Source: Bispira polyomma (taxonomy: Eukaryota). Taken from it: a stretch of 64,000 nt of DNA. The notes beneath the pieces were generated by a model. That model did no database searches. It was given only the letters and a program-made list of their open reading frames with translations, and had not been told where the DNA came from. The stretch lies in assembly GCA_965649765.1 (NCBI GenBank), contig OZ287752.1:43214001-43278000 (forward strand). Reading direction: 5' to 3'. Below, piece after piece: positions 13,900 to 25,670 of this stretch (the stretch's first letter is position 1; each line of letters begins with the position of its first letter). The translations under genes were made by a program, and so were the position numbers.

Positions 13900-14480
13900 A
13901 GGTAATAACCCGTGACATTTATGTCCGATATTGTACTATAAGCTTCCCACTGTTAACCCCTGAGCTGTTCATAACAATGAAAAACTTGATGACCCCCTTC
14001 ACGTACCATTCAAAAGATTCCATTAATGGAGTAAATGGAATGTGTAGAATTACATCATGCTCCCCTTGATGGGGGATGTGGCAATATCTACGAGCATTGA
14101 GTCTCTGTTATTACTCAAAAACAGTAAAGGTGTTGTAAACGAGCTTTAATAAATAATTACTGGGTTTGAACATGGTGAGCCACCTAATGGTGATGTATTG
14201 AGTGGAGTAAGGGCACCAATTCTCACCGCAGCTTCGACAACTGATTTATATTCATCAGCCTTGATTTCTCCATCAGCAGTTTTCCAGTGCTTGTAATTGA
14301 CATTTGCATATGCTTTTTATTGCTGAGATATGCTTAATAGAGGGAAAGGGTTTGCATATTATGGTTCTGTAGCCAATCCCTAGCTAATATATTAAAATAA
14401 TCCAGAGAGAACTCCAGGGTTTGTTTACTTTTTAATGTCTCTAATTGAGACCCCCTGTATCAGTGACAGGTTTATGTGAG
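13900..14480. promoter_or_regulatory. Candidate developmental enhancer / conserved non-coding element
   Basis: Unique sequence with Sox AACAAT (13973), Pbx-Hox TGATTTAT (14242), octamer ATTTGCAT (14302), Forkhead TTGTTTAC (14421), TALE TGACAG (14464) and many TAAT cores. Motif evidence only. Confidence 0.3.
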
Positions 14481-14734
14481 CAGTTTCTCAACAATAGGAA
14501 AAAATTCCCCGCAGATATATTACAGCAAAAAAAACAAACTACCTGGTTCTTCTCCCTCTAAAATGTCACATTTATTATCTATTCTAAATATTTAATGAGA
14601 AATGAAAATATGAGATTCATTGTTTATTCCAAATGTTTCATGAGAAAAACATAATAGTAAGCATAAGCAACTGTTTTGGCGCATGACATTTATGAACTAA
14701 CAAGGTTTGTCTTGGCATGGTATTGTGCAACTGT

Positions 14735-15490
14735 AGAGTGAATTGTGTTATAGTATTGTGTACTGTACAGTGAATCTTGTTAGAGTATTGTGTATTGTAC
14801 AGTGAATCTTGTTATAGTATTGTGTATTGTGCAGTGAATTGTGTTATAGTATTGTGTATTGTACAGTGAATCTTGTTATAGTATTGTGTATTGTACAGTG
14901 AATCTTGTTAGAGTATTGTGTATTGTACAGTGAATCTTGTTAGAGTATTGTGTATTTTACAGTGAATCTTGTTATAGTATTGTGTATTTTACAGTGAATC
15001 TTGTTATAGTATTGTGTACTGTACAGTGAATCTTGTTAGAGTATTATGTACTGTACAGTGAATCTTGTTAGAGTATTGTGCACTGTACAGTGAATCTTGT
15101 TATAGTATTGTGTATTGTACAGTGAATCTTGTTATAGTATTGTGTATTGTACAGTGAATCTTGTTAGAGTATTGTGTATTGTACAGTGAATCTTGTTATA
15201 GTATTGTTTTGTGCAATAAATCTTGTTATGTTACTGTTTTGTGCAGTAAATCTTGTTATGTTATTGTTTTGTGCAGTAAAACTTGTTATTGTATTGTTTT
15301 ATGGAGTAAAACGAGTTATGTTATTGTTTTTTGCAATAAAACTTGTTATGTTATTGTTTTGTGCAGTAAAATGTGTAATGGTATTGTTTGGTATAATAAA
15401 ACTTGTTATGTTACTGTTTTGTGCAGTAAAATGTGTTATGTTATTGTGTTGTGGAGTAAAACTTGTTATGATATGGTTGTACTGTGCAGT
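14735..15490. repeat. Minisatellite whose unit changes from 32 bp to 30 bp, about 24 copies
   Basis: Period 32 (CAGTGAATCTTG at 14768 and 14800) up to about 15200, then period 30 (GTGCAGTAAA at 15241 and 15271). Confidence 0.95.
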
Positions 15491-16401
15491 ATGTCTTGCT
15501 AAAATAGGCTTTTAATACACTAGTCATACATACTTACATAGCAGTACACGCTTGTCTATATGTATCCAGTTACTGTCGATGTCAGCACCGCTTAACTTGT
15601 CAGATTTCCCACTTGAACAGAGTGCAGCAGTTAAAACCAGCAGATGTGGTTCTGCTAGAAGGCAATCCTCTGGAGCAATACTGTGTGATTACCTTACACA
15701 GAGTTGATTTCAGCCGCCAATTTTTAGTTCGTATTTGATTCCTGCTAAACCATCGGGGACAAATTAGATTATTTAGTGAAAAGCTATGGGCAATTTGCTT
15801 CCTCGGTTGCAATCTATTGACAAAATGTCCGGGGTGGAGGTGGCTCTTCTCTCTATTACCCCCGGCCCCAGTCTCCTTGCTACTTGTGACCCTTACTACT
15901 CACCCCCGGGTGTGCTAGTCTTACCCTATACTTAATGTCATATCACTGACATATACTCTACTCACACATCTGACCCTCTCCAACTGATTCTCAACTAGCT
16001 AGGGGGCTAGCTGTAAATATTTCTAAAATCTTAAATCTAGTTTATGGTGTTGCATAAAGTTTGTCAAGAAGCTCTTTCTATTTCAATGTCTTTTGTTCTG
16101 TATTAAATTACATCCATTTTTCTCTATAAGCTCTAAGCATTTACTTTTTGGGATACGTACGAGTGTTTCAGTCAATGTTTTCACTTTAAAAGTCTGGAGT
16201 AAGTTATGATGGGATTTTTTCTGATAAAAATCTATTGTCTGACATGTACTATTAAAAAAAATCCACAGATCTCTTTATATAAACAAAAAATTCCCTCAGA
16301 AATGTTCAATTTGAATACATATATCTACTTTATGGTAATACGAGAGCACACTGGCTCAATTATCTATGTACTAGTATTTAGTATGGTATTTATAAACATA
16401 C

Positions 16402-16748
16402 ACCCAGGTCTGGCCTCTCATTTGTGGGGCATTGTGATGTCTTGTGTGCTCTTTGATCTAGCTTTAGTGTCACACTGGCTTGTGTACCTATGTTCTGGTA
16501 TTTAGTGTAGTATTTATACCCATACACCCATGGCCCCCAGGTCTGACATCTCATTTGTGGGGCATTGTGATGTCTTGTGTCTTGTGTGCTTTAGTGTCAC
16601 ACTGGCTTGTGTAGCTATGTACTGGTATTTACTGTAGTATTTATACTCATGTACCTATGGTCCTCAGGGCTGGCTTGCTGTCATTTGTGGGGGGATTTTG
16701 ATGGCCGGTCTGCTCTTTGACCTGGCTTTAGTGTCACACTGGCTTCTG
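16402..16748. repeat. Tandem repeat of about 130 bp, about 2.7 copies
   Basis: TCATTTGTGGGG...CTTTAGTGTCACACTGGCTT occurs three times. Confidence 0.9.
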
Positions 16749-18179
16749 GACTTTTGATGGCACAAGGTTTCTGTTTAAATATTTACCCAGATCACTAATA
16801 ATACTACTTCAATTAGCCACACGTCAATATGCATTGACAAAGCTAAGACATTAGCAATGATACATTCCTGGCATAAATCTGAATTATTTAGTTTTGTTAT
16901 GTTCAGAGCTTCGTGTATTAGAGTAGAAAAGCAGGATAATATATGTCTAATAATGTGCTGTTTCATTGACCAGGATAATGACTACACCTACTTTACAGCC
17001 AAGGAGTCTCCCTTTGACAGTTGTTATTCACTGACTGGTGACGTTAAATATTGCCATGCATATGTATATGTAAAAATAAATTCTAGTCAGATTAGAGAAA
17101 ATACCGAAGAAAAATTATAATATTATGATTTTTAGACATAAACGTAAAACTTCTTATAAATTATACCACATCATAATGTCACGGAGAGGAGTTTGTCTCT
17201 TGACATTTAGTACTTCATTTATATGAAATATTCTATGTCTCTATAGACAGCCTTTGTAAGGCATTTGTAATGTTACCTTGATCTAACTTCACTTGTAAAA
17301 CTGTACACTCAGTACATTATTAATTTGGTGTTTAAATGTCTGCTGAAATATATTAAAATTTTCAGTTAACCCATGCAAAACGTACTGTTTATGTTAAAGT
17401 AAGAAACACGGACAAATAGAGATTGATCAAGTCGTATAGAGTAAATTGAGGAAATCAATCCAAATATGTTCTTCACTTTTATTCTTTAAATGTCAACATG
17501 ATGAATTACATCATAGATTGTAAATCAAATTATTAGATTCCAAGCTATTGAAGCAAAAAAATCAGTTTCCACAGGAATATTTGTTTATTAAGAATCTAAT
17601 TTGAAATCAACTATTTATAGCTATCATTTAATTGAAGTCTTCAGACAGTTCACATGCTAACAGTATCCAAGCTAAGTAAGAATTCGTCCCCGAAGCCAGA
17701 CACAATTTCTTTTTTTACTCTCTAGTGTTACATATGTCAAAATGAAATATCTTGTAAATATGAAAACATTTGGTTATTATACCTAAATGCATACTCTGTA
17801 GTGTTCGTGAAAGCTCTCAATATGAGATTGTAATGTCAATAGGCCATGTTTTAGAAAGGCCAGCTTTCTGAGGGTTATTTAGTTGACTGGTCAGTAAGTA
17901 TAGACCCTCGTAGATCTTAGTTTTAGATCCTTTGGTCTTGGTGGTTAAAGTAAACAAACAAATATAAGGGAGATGTAACGAACCTGTAATAGTATTTTAT
18001 TTATGTTAAGTATTTTTAAGATATGGCTCTCAGAAGTCTTAATCTTCCTTTAGTAAAGATGTCTATGTAGCAATATGTATCATATGCTGGTTACACATTG
18101 CCAGCCATTTGTACAAGACATGGGTGGCTTTCCTATACCTATACCAATGTCTCGCCACACTGATGACAAAAATATGGCC

Positions 18180-19110
18180 CACTTAGCAGTGCAATTATAC
18201 TTGAGGATTAAAGCAAAATCAGACTGGCATTTGCGTCTGATGGATAAAAATATAATCCAACTTCCAAATTCCATCATTCTAGCAGATGAATGAGATGGGG
18301 GTTGAGATGGAGCATTGATAACCTGGTTTCCTTGCCACATTTCCAGCTAATTACGTCCTCTTGACAGCTTTTCATCTCATTTTCAAAAGACCGAGACTTT
18401 CCATAAGATCGGCACTTTATCTGCATATAATTCTGGTAAACCTGCATACCTCTAATAAATGCACCTTGAATGGCAATTGTTTCATAACATTTGTCTAATT
18501 ATTGTCGTATTGCTTTCTGCCTCTACATATATAATTCCCTAACTTTTTTCAAAGGGTTCAGTTTTCGTGAGGACAAAGTTAAAAGAGCCTTGTTTTTTGA
18601 ACTCAAAGGAAATTTGAGAGTTAAATCAAGGTCACATCCGGTGTGACAGGATAGACATTCTGAGTAGATGAAACCCCCTCCTGAATCTCTCCCACCCCAA
18701 CTCACTCTCCTTGATTCTTTAAATTGTCTGAGAAAAAGAGAAAAGACAGTGTTAATATGAAGCCAGTAACGGGCAATGAATGAGAGCAACCTTGAACATA
18801 CTCTAGACACTTTCTCTGAGAAATTGAGCAGAGTTTTCACAGGGGAAAACATTTAATCAATAAATCAGCCCTCTCCTTTGTTCTGCACCGTGTTTTCAGC
18901 TAATGAAATACAGAAAGATGATAGGCAGATATGAGACAAAGATTCCACGGACACAGATAAAACAAAGGCTGAGCATTACAGATTAAATAGAAAAACAGCA
19001 ACAGGGACAACAGAGGTTTAAAAAAGAAGTCATAGAATGCAGAGAGACACGACCAGGAAAGTTAATCCCTCCAGTGGCTGGGGGAATCTGAGCAGGGGGA
19101 TTAAGTTACT
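18180..19110. promoter_or_regulatory. Candidate developmental enhancer / conserved non-coding element
   Basis: Otx/K50 GGATTA or TAATCC at 18205, 19063 and 19098; TGACAG at 18362; TCF TTCAAAG at 18548; composite TGATTTATTGATTAAAT (-) at 18851-18867. Motif evidence only. Confidence 0.3.
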
Positions 19111-19399
19111 GGCTCAAAGACAACACTGGAAAACTCAGGTGGTTCATCACTCCTACCAGTAGTGTTTTGTGTGGACAGTGAAAAGACAAGTTCCTCTCAC
19201 AATAAGCTCCTTTTAGACTCCACCAGTTGCTAATAAACGGCTGGGTTTGAGTAGCATTTCGCCTGGGAATTGTTACTATTATCAGCTTAACACCAGCATA
19301 GATTTGTATACAGTGCTGAAAGGTGAGGTGTGTGAGAGTGGTCCAACATTTGACTGCTGTTATACCTACGTCTCGTTCAAACCAATGAGTGAGATGAAC

Positions 19400-19813
19400 G
19401 CATCATGAACGTCTTTGTATCTACCAGTGAGTATACGTTTCAACTATACATGGACAAAAGTCCACGAACCAAGATTTACTAGATACAAGGAAATCTGACA
19501 AATGTTGCCCAGTTACAGAGGAGCACCATTTAAAGTGGTCATCCTGTTCCCTATGTTTCTGCCTGTACCTTGTTACCCCAGTTACAGAGGAGCACCATTT
19601 CAAGTGGTCATTCTGGCCCCTATGTATCTGCCTGTTTCTAGTCGCCCCAGGCTGGGATCAAACCCACATTGCTCGCGAGTGTGCTAGTTGCAAGGCAATT
19701 GTGCTAGTCACAAGGCAAGTGTGCTAGTCACAAGGCAAGTGTGCTAGTTCCAAGCAAGTGTGCTAGTTCCAAGGTGCAGAGAGAAGTGTGCTAGTCACTA
19801 GGCTGCAGTAGCA
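19400..19813 (-). mobile_element. tRNA-derived SINE with internal tandem expansions
   Basis: Minus strand has A-box-like CAGCCTAGTGA (19795-19805) and B-box GGGTTTGATCCC (19654-19665). A 20-bp unit is repeated about 5-6 times between the boxes, and a 69-bp body segment is duplicated (19508 and 19577). The 3' boundary is approximate. Confidence 0.65.
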
Positions 19814-20956
19814 GATGTGGACCTTTGGTATATGTTTTCAACTACCCTGGACAGTCTACAGTCAATACACTGATCCTGTAAACCACACATGGTATGACCT
19901 GTCATATCTGTGGCTTTGTTGACAAGTAACAACCATATGCAATGACCCTATAGTAAGGTCAGGCAAGGAATAGTGTTCCTCGAATGTGACACTCATGTAT
20001 CTGATGTCTTCAGTCTGTGTTACTTCTGCATGGCTTAAATCACATCAGGTGTGTCCATGTCGTCACTTCCACCATTTGGCACAAATGTTATCTCAGTAAT
20101 GTGGACGCCTGACTTGTTCATTTAAGTGAAACTTGTATCATGAAGACAAGACTTGAAAAATATCAAAGTGAAAGAAAAGTTTGTAAGGCGTGGTTGACAC
20201 TGTGGGTAGATAAATAATATATGCAATTTGTTAGAATTACAGGTTGGGTTAGAAGACAGGTTATGGAATTTTTGGTAATCTAGAGCTACTTTATGCCATT
20301 CATAACATATACACTAACCCACATACATTTGCTTTTGCTTAATCATTAATTGTCTCTGCTATTTTATCATTTGACTGCAATGAACTAACTATAAAAACAA
20401 CAATTATAAACACATTTGATCAAAGTAAATTATCTGATATATATCATGTGAGTAATATGTTGCGTTACAACTGCCTCATTGTTGGGGTGCAGTGATGTTT
20501 TTTTGTGTTTTTTTTAGTCCTAAAATGATGAGCTGCCAAGGGCTGTCTTTTTTCACACAAAAAAATAAATAATTGTTATGAAATATTTAATGACTTGCCT
20601 CTAGTATTTGCAAAAAAGGTTTGCGATATGAAAAGTTGAACTTGAAAATATATCCATAAAAATGTTGAAATTTATTACAGCAGGATTGATTTTGTTAAAA
20701 ACAGAATAATAAATAATCATGTTTTTACAAAATAATGATTAAATGAGCTATTTTGTATGGACAGCTTCATCACCAAGTGAAAGTTCGGGTAAATACAGCA
20801 TTCATATTAAAATGCCGGGATATTGTTTTCCGATCCCACAATAATCATATTTGGTTGTGGATCTTAAAAGGTGGCCCATGGCACTGAGATGTGTACTGAT
20901 TTTCCATTAGTGTGGCTTGGACTGTGTCTAACGTAAATATAGAAATTATAATACCT

Positions 20957-21714
20957 TTATTATTATTATTATTATGAATTTTTAACATGCTCTATTGATG
21001 CTGGCTATCTTCTATAGCGCAACAGCAGAATCATTGATCCAATCGTAAAGTCCATGGGCATAGCAAATTTATAAGGAAAGAAGTGAGAACGTGCACAAGG
21101 GGGGTAGGCACGGACTGATCTGAGGTCAACTAGGAGACTGCTCCATAATAGAAGAGCTGCAATGGAGAATGCTCTGGATCCCGCCTTCCTGATGGGTGTG
21201 AAGTCTGTTGCCTCTCTTACGGTTACTGAAGAAGAGAAGGGCATCAAGAGTGTTGAGTGGCTGTTGAGTGACGACAGCCTTAAAAGTGGTAAAGTGAATC
21301 TTGAACAGAGTACGGGATGGAGAGTGAATGGGCAGCCAGTGTAATTTTTAAGGTAAGACGTGACGTTTGTGCGACAACCCAGGCGAAAAATAACCCTATA
21401 TAGGTAGTTTTGAATGGACTGGAGCTTTTTGATCTATGACTTGTTCACTCTGAACAGAAGAGAGTTGCAGTAGTCGAGACAGCTGCTAACAAGGGCGTTA
21501 GCCACAGGTATCACGGTGTCCATTGCCAGGTGATTTTGGATTCTTTTGATGTTCCGTATATGGTAGTAGCAGGAGCGACAGATGTTGACAATATGAGTGT
21601 AAACAAAGAAACTGAATCGAGAGTGATACCCAGATTTGGGGTATTTCCGGAAAGTCGTATGTCTTTTCCTAGAAGGAACATGGAAAATAAAGATTTTAAG
21701 AATTCACTATTTTT
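20957..21714 (-). mobile_element. 5'-truncated L2/CR1-group LINE 3' fragment, copy B (same subfamily as 2587-3322)
   Basis: The reverse complement aligns with copy A, including the 3' UTR TTTGCTATGCCCATGGACTTTAC..GATCAATGATTCTGCTGTTGCGCT. (AAT)n tail at 20957-20975. Encodes LVSSCLDYCNSLL and SRAFSIAALLLW. Confidence 0.9.
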
Positions 21715-21833
21715 CTGACTTAGACTACATGTCTAAGGTAAATATAGAACTGATAATACCATAGTCTGACTCTCTAGAAATCCCAATCCCTAGCAGTTAT
21801 GTGTGGACTGTGTAGAACATTTCAATGTACATA

Positions 21834-23571
21834 AAAATGTAAGGCTTTCATAGATTGGTTGGAAGTTGCAATCGCCTGGTGTCTGATTATTATTATCAGG
21901 CACAGCTGAGAGGTGTATAATTTAACAAAGTATATAGTGGCCATATCATCGTCAGTGTATTTCACATTGTGTGCTTTTGTCTTTTTTACAAGACAACTCT
22001 TATTAACAAATACAGCAATAATGATATACTGACAACACCTTTTTGACGTTGTGCATCTATCTGTGCTTAAACTGGGTTACATGATACACCTGACCATGGA
22101 ATTAACAGAGTAATATTAAAAGAGAGATTATCATATCAAAATGAAAAATAGTTTAGTCGTTTGTTGTTAAATGTTCATACCTGTTCTAAACATGTCTCCA
22201 CAAACAAAGAGAATGTGTCCATATTTACCCGGTAAAATCTATCATCTCAAAATGGCATCTATCTCAAATACTACTCAATTAATGCAATCCTGCACCACAT
22301 AAAAAGAGGTGTGGCCACCAAAAATAAAGTTATAACCCACTTTTACACGTAAAAACTGACTCAACTGAACAGGTTCTTCAAGTCTGAGGTAGGAACTTTT
22401 AGACTTTTTTTGTGTGGTTTGATGTTTTAACCATTCTGCAAGCAATCAATGAGGGGAAATGGACATAAAAGGGGTTTGAGATACTTGTGTCATGAAAGTG
22501 GGCAATGAGAGCCAGTGGAGCGTGGTCTATAAAGGCAGCTATTAGAGAGCATGATACAAGCTAGAGTAGTTAACAGGCAATACACAGGGAGCTTACATAA
22601 AACAACCATTGTCTCTTACTAAATAGCTTTACAGCTGACATACAACACAGCCGGCACATATCTTACAGTTAATCAGACATATTGATACTTCTCACTTCTC
22701 AATCACAATAAAGAGTTAGTAAGTCTTTCTTGTATGAACTTGACATAACACCAGAATAATTAGGTACTGTACAGCTGTGTTATTAGCTATGTTATTAAGC
22801 GCACAAAAGTCAGACATGTTATTGTATTCTTTACTTACTGACAATGCATTGCCAAAATCAAATACAATAATCCAGTTAATACCATTCCACAGACTATTTC
22901 AGTAAAGTATTCATTAAACAAGTGTTATAACAAAACAAAGAAAAGGGCTTTATAGAAGTTAAAAGCCATTACTTTAATGAGGGATATTTGAATTATTGAT
23001 ACATTATTACCACCGCTAAGTGATTACTTAATAACATCAATGGTCTGGATGTGTTTTAAAAAAGTTATATAATAGGTCCATTTTTTTAAACCCTCCCTGG
23101 TTCTACTGGCGCAGTATCTAGCAAAAACCCAAGCATTGTAAAGTCAATAAATAGTGGATGAGCTGTTTTCTGTACATATAAAGTTCACAATTTGACTAGC
23201 AACGAGAGGTTAACAGGAGACAAGTAATTGGTTACATCTCATGGCATGGTGATTCCATGACGTATGTCACCTCTTTCTTATGACAAGGTAGAGTAAGTTT
23301 TGAATGCGTGAAAAATTGATATACAGAGGCAACACTGGGGGGTACATTTGCTAACATTTAATTTAAAAACAAAACACTTATGGAGTAAACCAACTAAGAG
23401 AGATGTATATAAACGTGTTGGCATGTCAACAAACAGGGGCCTTGGGTATTTATTAGAAATGTTCACACACTATTTAAAAAGGTGCATGACCCATAGAATT
23501 AAAAGGTGATAATAATAATCAGACACCAGGCGATTGCAACTTCCAACCAATCTATGAAAGTCTTACATTTT
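21834..23571. repeat. 65-bp near-perfect inverted repeat pair (21834-21898 and 23507-23571) enclosing about 1.6 kb
   Basis: 64 of 65 positions are reverse-complementary by direct comparison. Confidence 0.92.
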
Positions 23572-24082
23572 ATTTCAAAGATAACGGCACTCTTTACAGA
23601 ATAAAAAAATATATCCGTTTGCGCCTGATAAATAAAATTTCGATTATATCACTACCTCAAATGGGTGTTAATAAAGTCACAGTGGCAATATTAAAATATT
23701 ACAGCTAATATGCACTTAATCCCAAAATGTGTGTAAGTACAGAAAAGAGTTTAGAATAACTATAGGTGACAAGTAATGAAAAAATATAACTTTCATATTC
23801 TTGCAAAACATGTATTGTTTGTTTCCTGGCCTCCAAAAGAAATACCATTAATGACAAAGACTGATCCACTAAATAAAACACATTTCTTTATTAAATGTTA
23901 TTGTTCTCTACCAATAAAGACGATAGGAGTCATAAATACCATAGGTACACTTAATTATGAGGCATTCAATACTGAGTATATCTAGTTCCCACACACTGGT
24001 TAATGATATTTGAAAGCTTGAGTTGTCTGTATATAATCAATGACACATGAACTGTGGAACTACCATAGACTTGTACATATCT

Positions 24083-24258
24083 ATTAAAAGGTCCATGAAG
24101 TCAGTAATAAGACACCTGACTATTATGTGAACTAAAGACCTGTGATAGATTTGTGTTTAAGTATTAAAGGTCCATGAAGTCAGTAAAAAACACCTAACCG
24201 TTACGGGAACTAAGGACCTGTATTAAAGGGCCATGAAGTCAGTAATAAGACACCTAGC
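24083..24258. repeat. Three irregular copies of TATTAAAGGTCCATGAAGTCAGTAATAAGACACCT
   Basis: Motif near 24083, 24162 and 24221. Confidence 0.85.
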
Positions 24259-25124
24259 ATAAGATTTGACCAGTATCTGGTCATCAAACAACGTATGCCT
24301 CCACCTCCCTTCTATGACGTCAGACGGTTCACCCCGCCAGAACCTAACTCCTATTATCGATCACCCAATGGCCCATTAAAACAGACCTCTCAATAATCAG
24401 AGTTTGCTTTCTCTCTTTCAATACACAGCGTTCTGAGCATAAAAGGAACAAAACCTTCCTCGTTTTACGCCACGATAATGTTGTTAAAAACACATAAAGA
24501 TGATTTATAGTGATTTTACGGTGATATTTATTGCATATTACCAAATAATGTTTCTAGAGATTAGCACCAAAAATCACTTTGCTTTCAATAGTTCTACTCA
24601 TAACGACGACCATTCCAGGTCATTTCATACTTCCTTTTTATGGCACTGTATTGATAAAACAAAAAAATTCCCAGCAGATTTACTACATTGAATGATTTCA
24701 TATAACAAATTGAACTGTCTAATACATGGCAAAGTAAGTTTGCAAATTTATAGACACAGTGTTTCCAATACTCTTGTACGTTCAAATAAGGTAGTAGATA
24801 ACATAACTGTAACCTGAACCCTTAAACGATATGTTATATGACAGTGTTATTTACTGAGCCAAGTGTTCTAGTGAGACCCTGTTGGCGCCGATACACACAG
24901 TCTATGCCTACACCTTAAATTGTTTGCTCCGAGCCTAATCTTTTACAGATATAAATAGTGGATGTTGTGAAAAAATTTCTGTGCATCATAGGTTGGGTAT
25001 TTGCTCTCGAAATTTGCAGCTTAATATAATGAACAGAGTGGTGAAAGTATTATGATCAGATAACAATTCAGAAAGTTATGACTTAAACAAGTCTGCAACT
25101 TTCTTTAAAAAGCTAAGTTGTATC

Positions 25125-25500
25125 CTGGGTTAACTCGGCTAAACTCTTGGAGAAGCTCATCAATGACTCTTGATAACCCGGTTCAACTCATGTAAGCTAG
25201 TCGGGACAGCCCAAAACTAGGGGAAAACTTCTAATAGCTCGTGATGGCTGTCAAATACCTCCAAATAACTAGAAGAACTCCTGCAGTTTGTTTTCAGGAC
25301 AACAGCCAAGCCGAGGCATACAGAGTTTACCATATATGTTTGCATAGTTTCAAGAGTTTTGCAATGTTATCAAGAGCCAATGAAGAGTCATCCAGAACTA
25401 TTCCAACTATTTACCCTGAGTACATCTGATTAAACCACAGAGTTAACAAGAGCTCCCCCAAGTAGCTACGAGTACAACTGCGAGTACAACTGCTGCTCTT
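25125..25500. mobile_element. Degenerate element rich in imperfect inverted repeats (probable non-autonomous DNA transposon)
   Basis: Inverted pair 25156-25177 and 25366-25387 (19/22). Recurrent ACTCTTG/CAAGAG motifs. Boundaries approximate. Confidence 0.4.
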
Positions 25501-25564
25501 ACTAACTCTGTCAATAGTCCTGTAGTAGTTGTGACTCAATAGTTTTATGCAGCATACTTACCCT

Positions 25565-25670
25565 CACCTCACATTCGCCTCCCTCCTATGCCACTGTGGG
25601 TTCGAATCTCGGACCTGGTGTGTATATGAGAAATTGGCAATCGATTTGCTCAAGGCTAATAGTTTCCAAA
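25565..25670 (+). mobile_element. tRNA-derived SINE fragment
   Basis: B-box GGTTCGAATCT at 25599-25609, followed by a TATGAGAAA..GTTTCC body similar to the other SINEs in the window. Confidence 0.55.

Noticed and set aside
15161-15515. Cys-rich metallothionein- or keratin-like repeat proteins
   Set aside because: Artefact of the 30-bp minisatellite keeping frames open.
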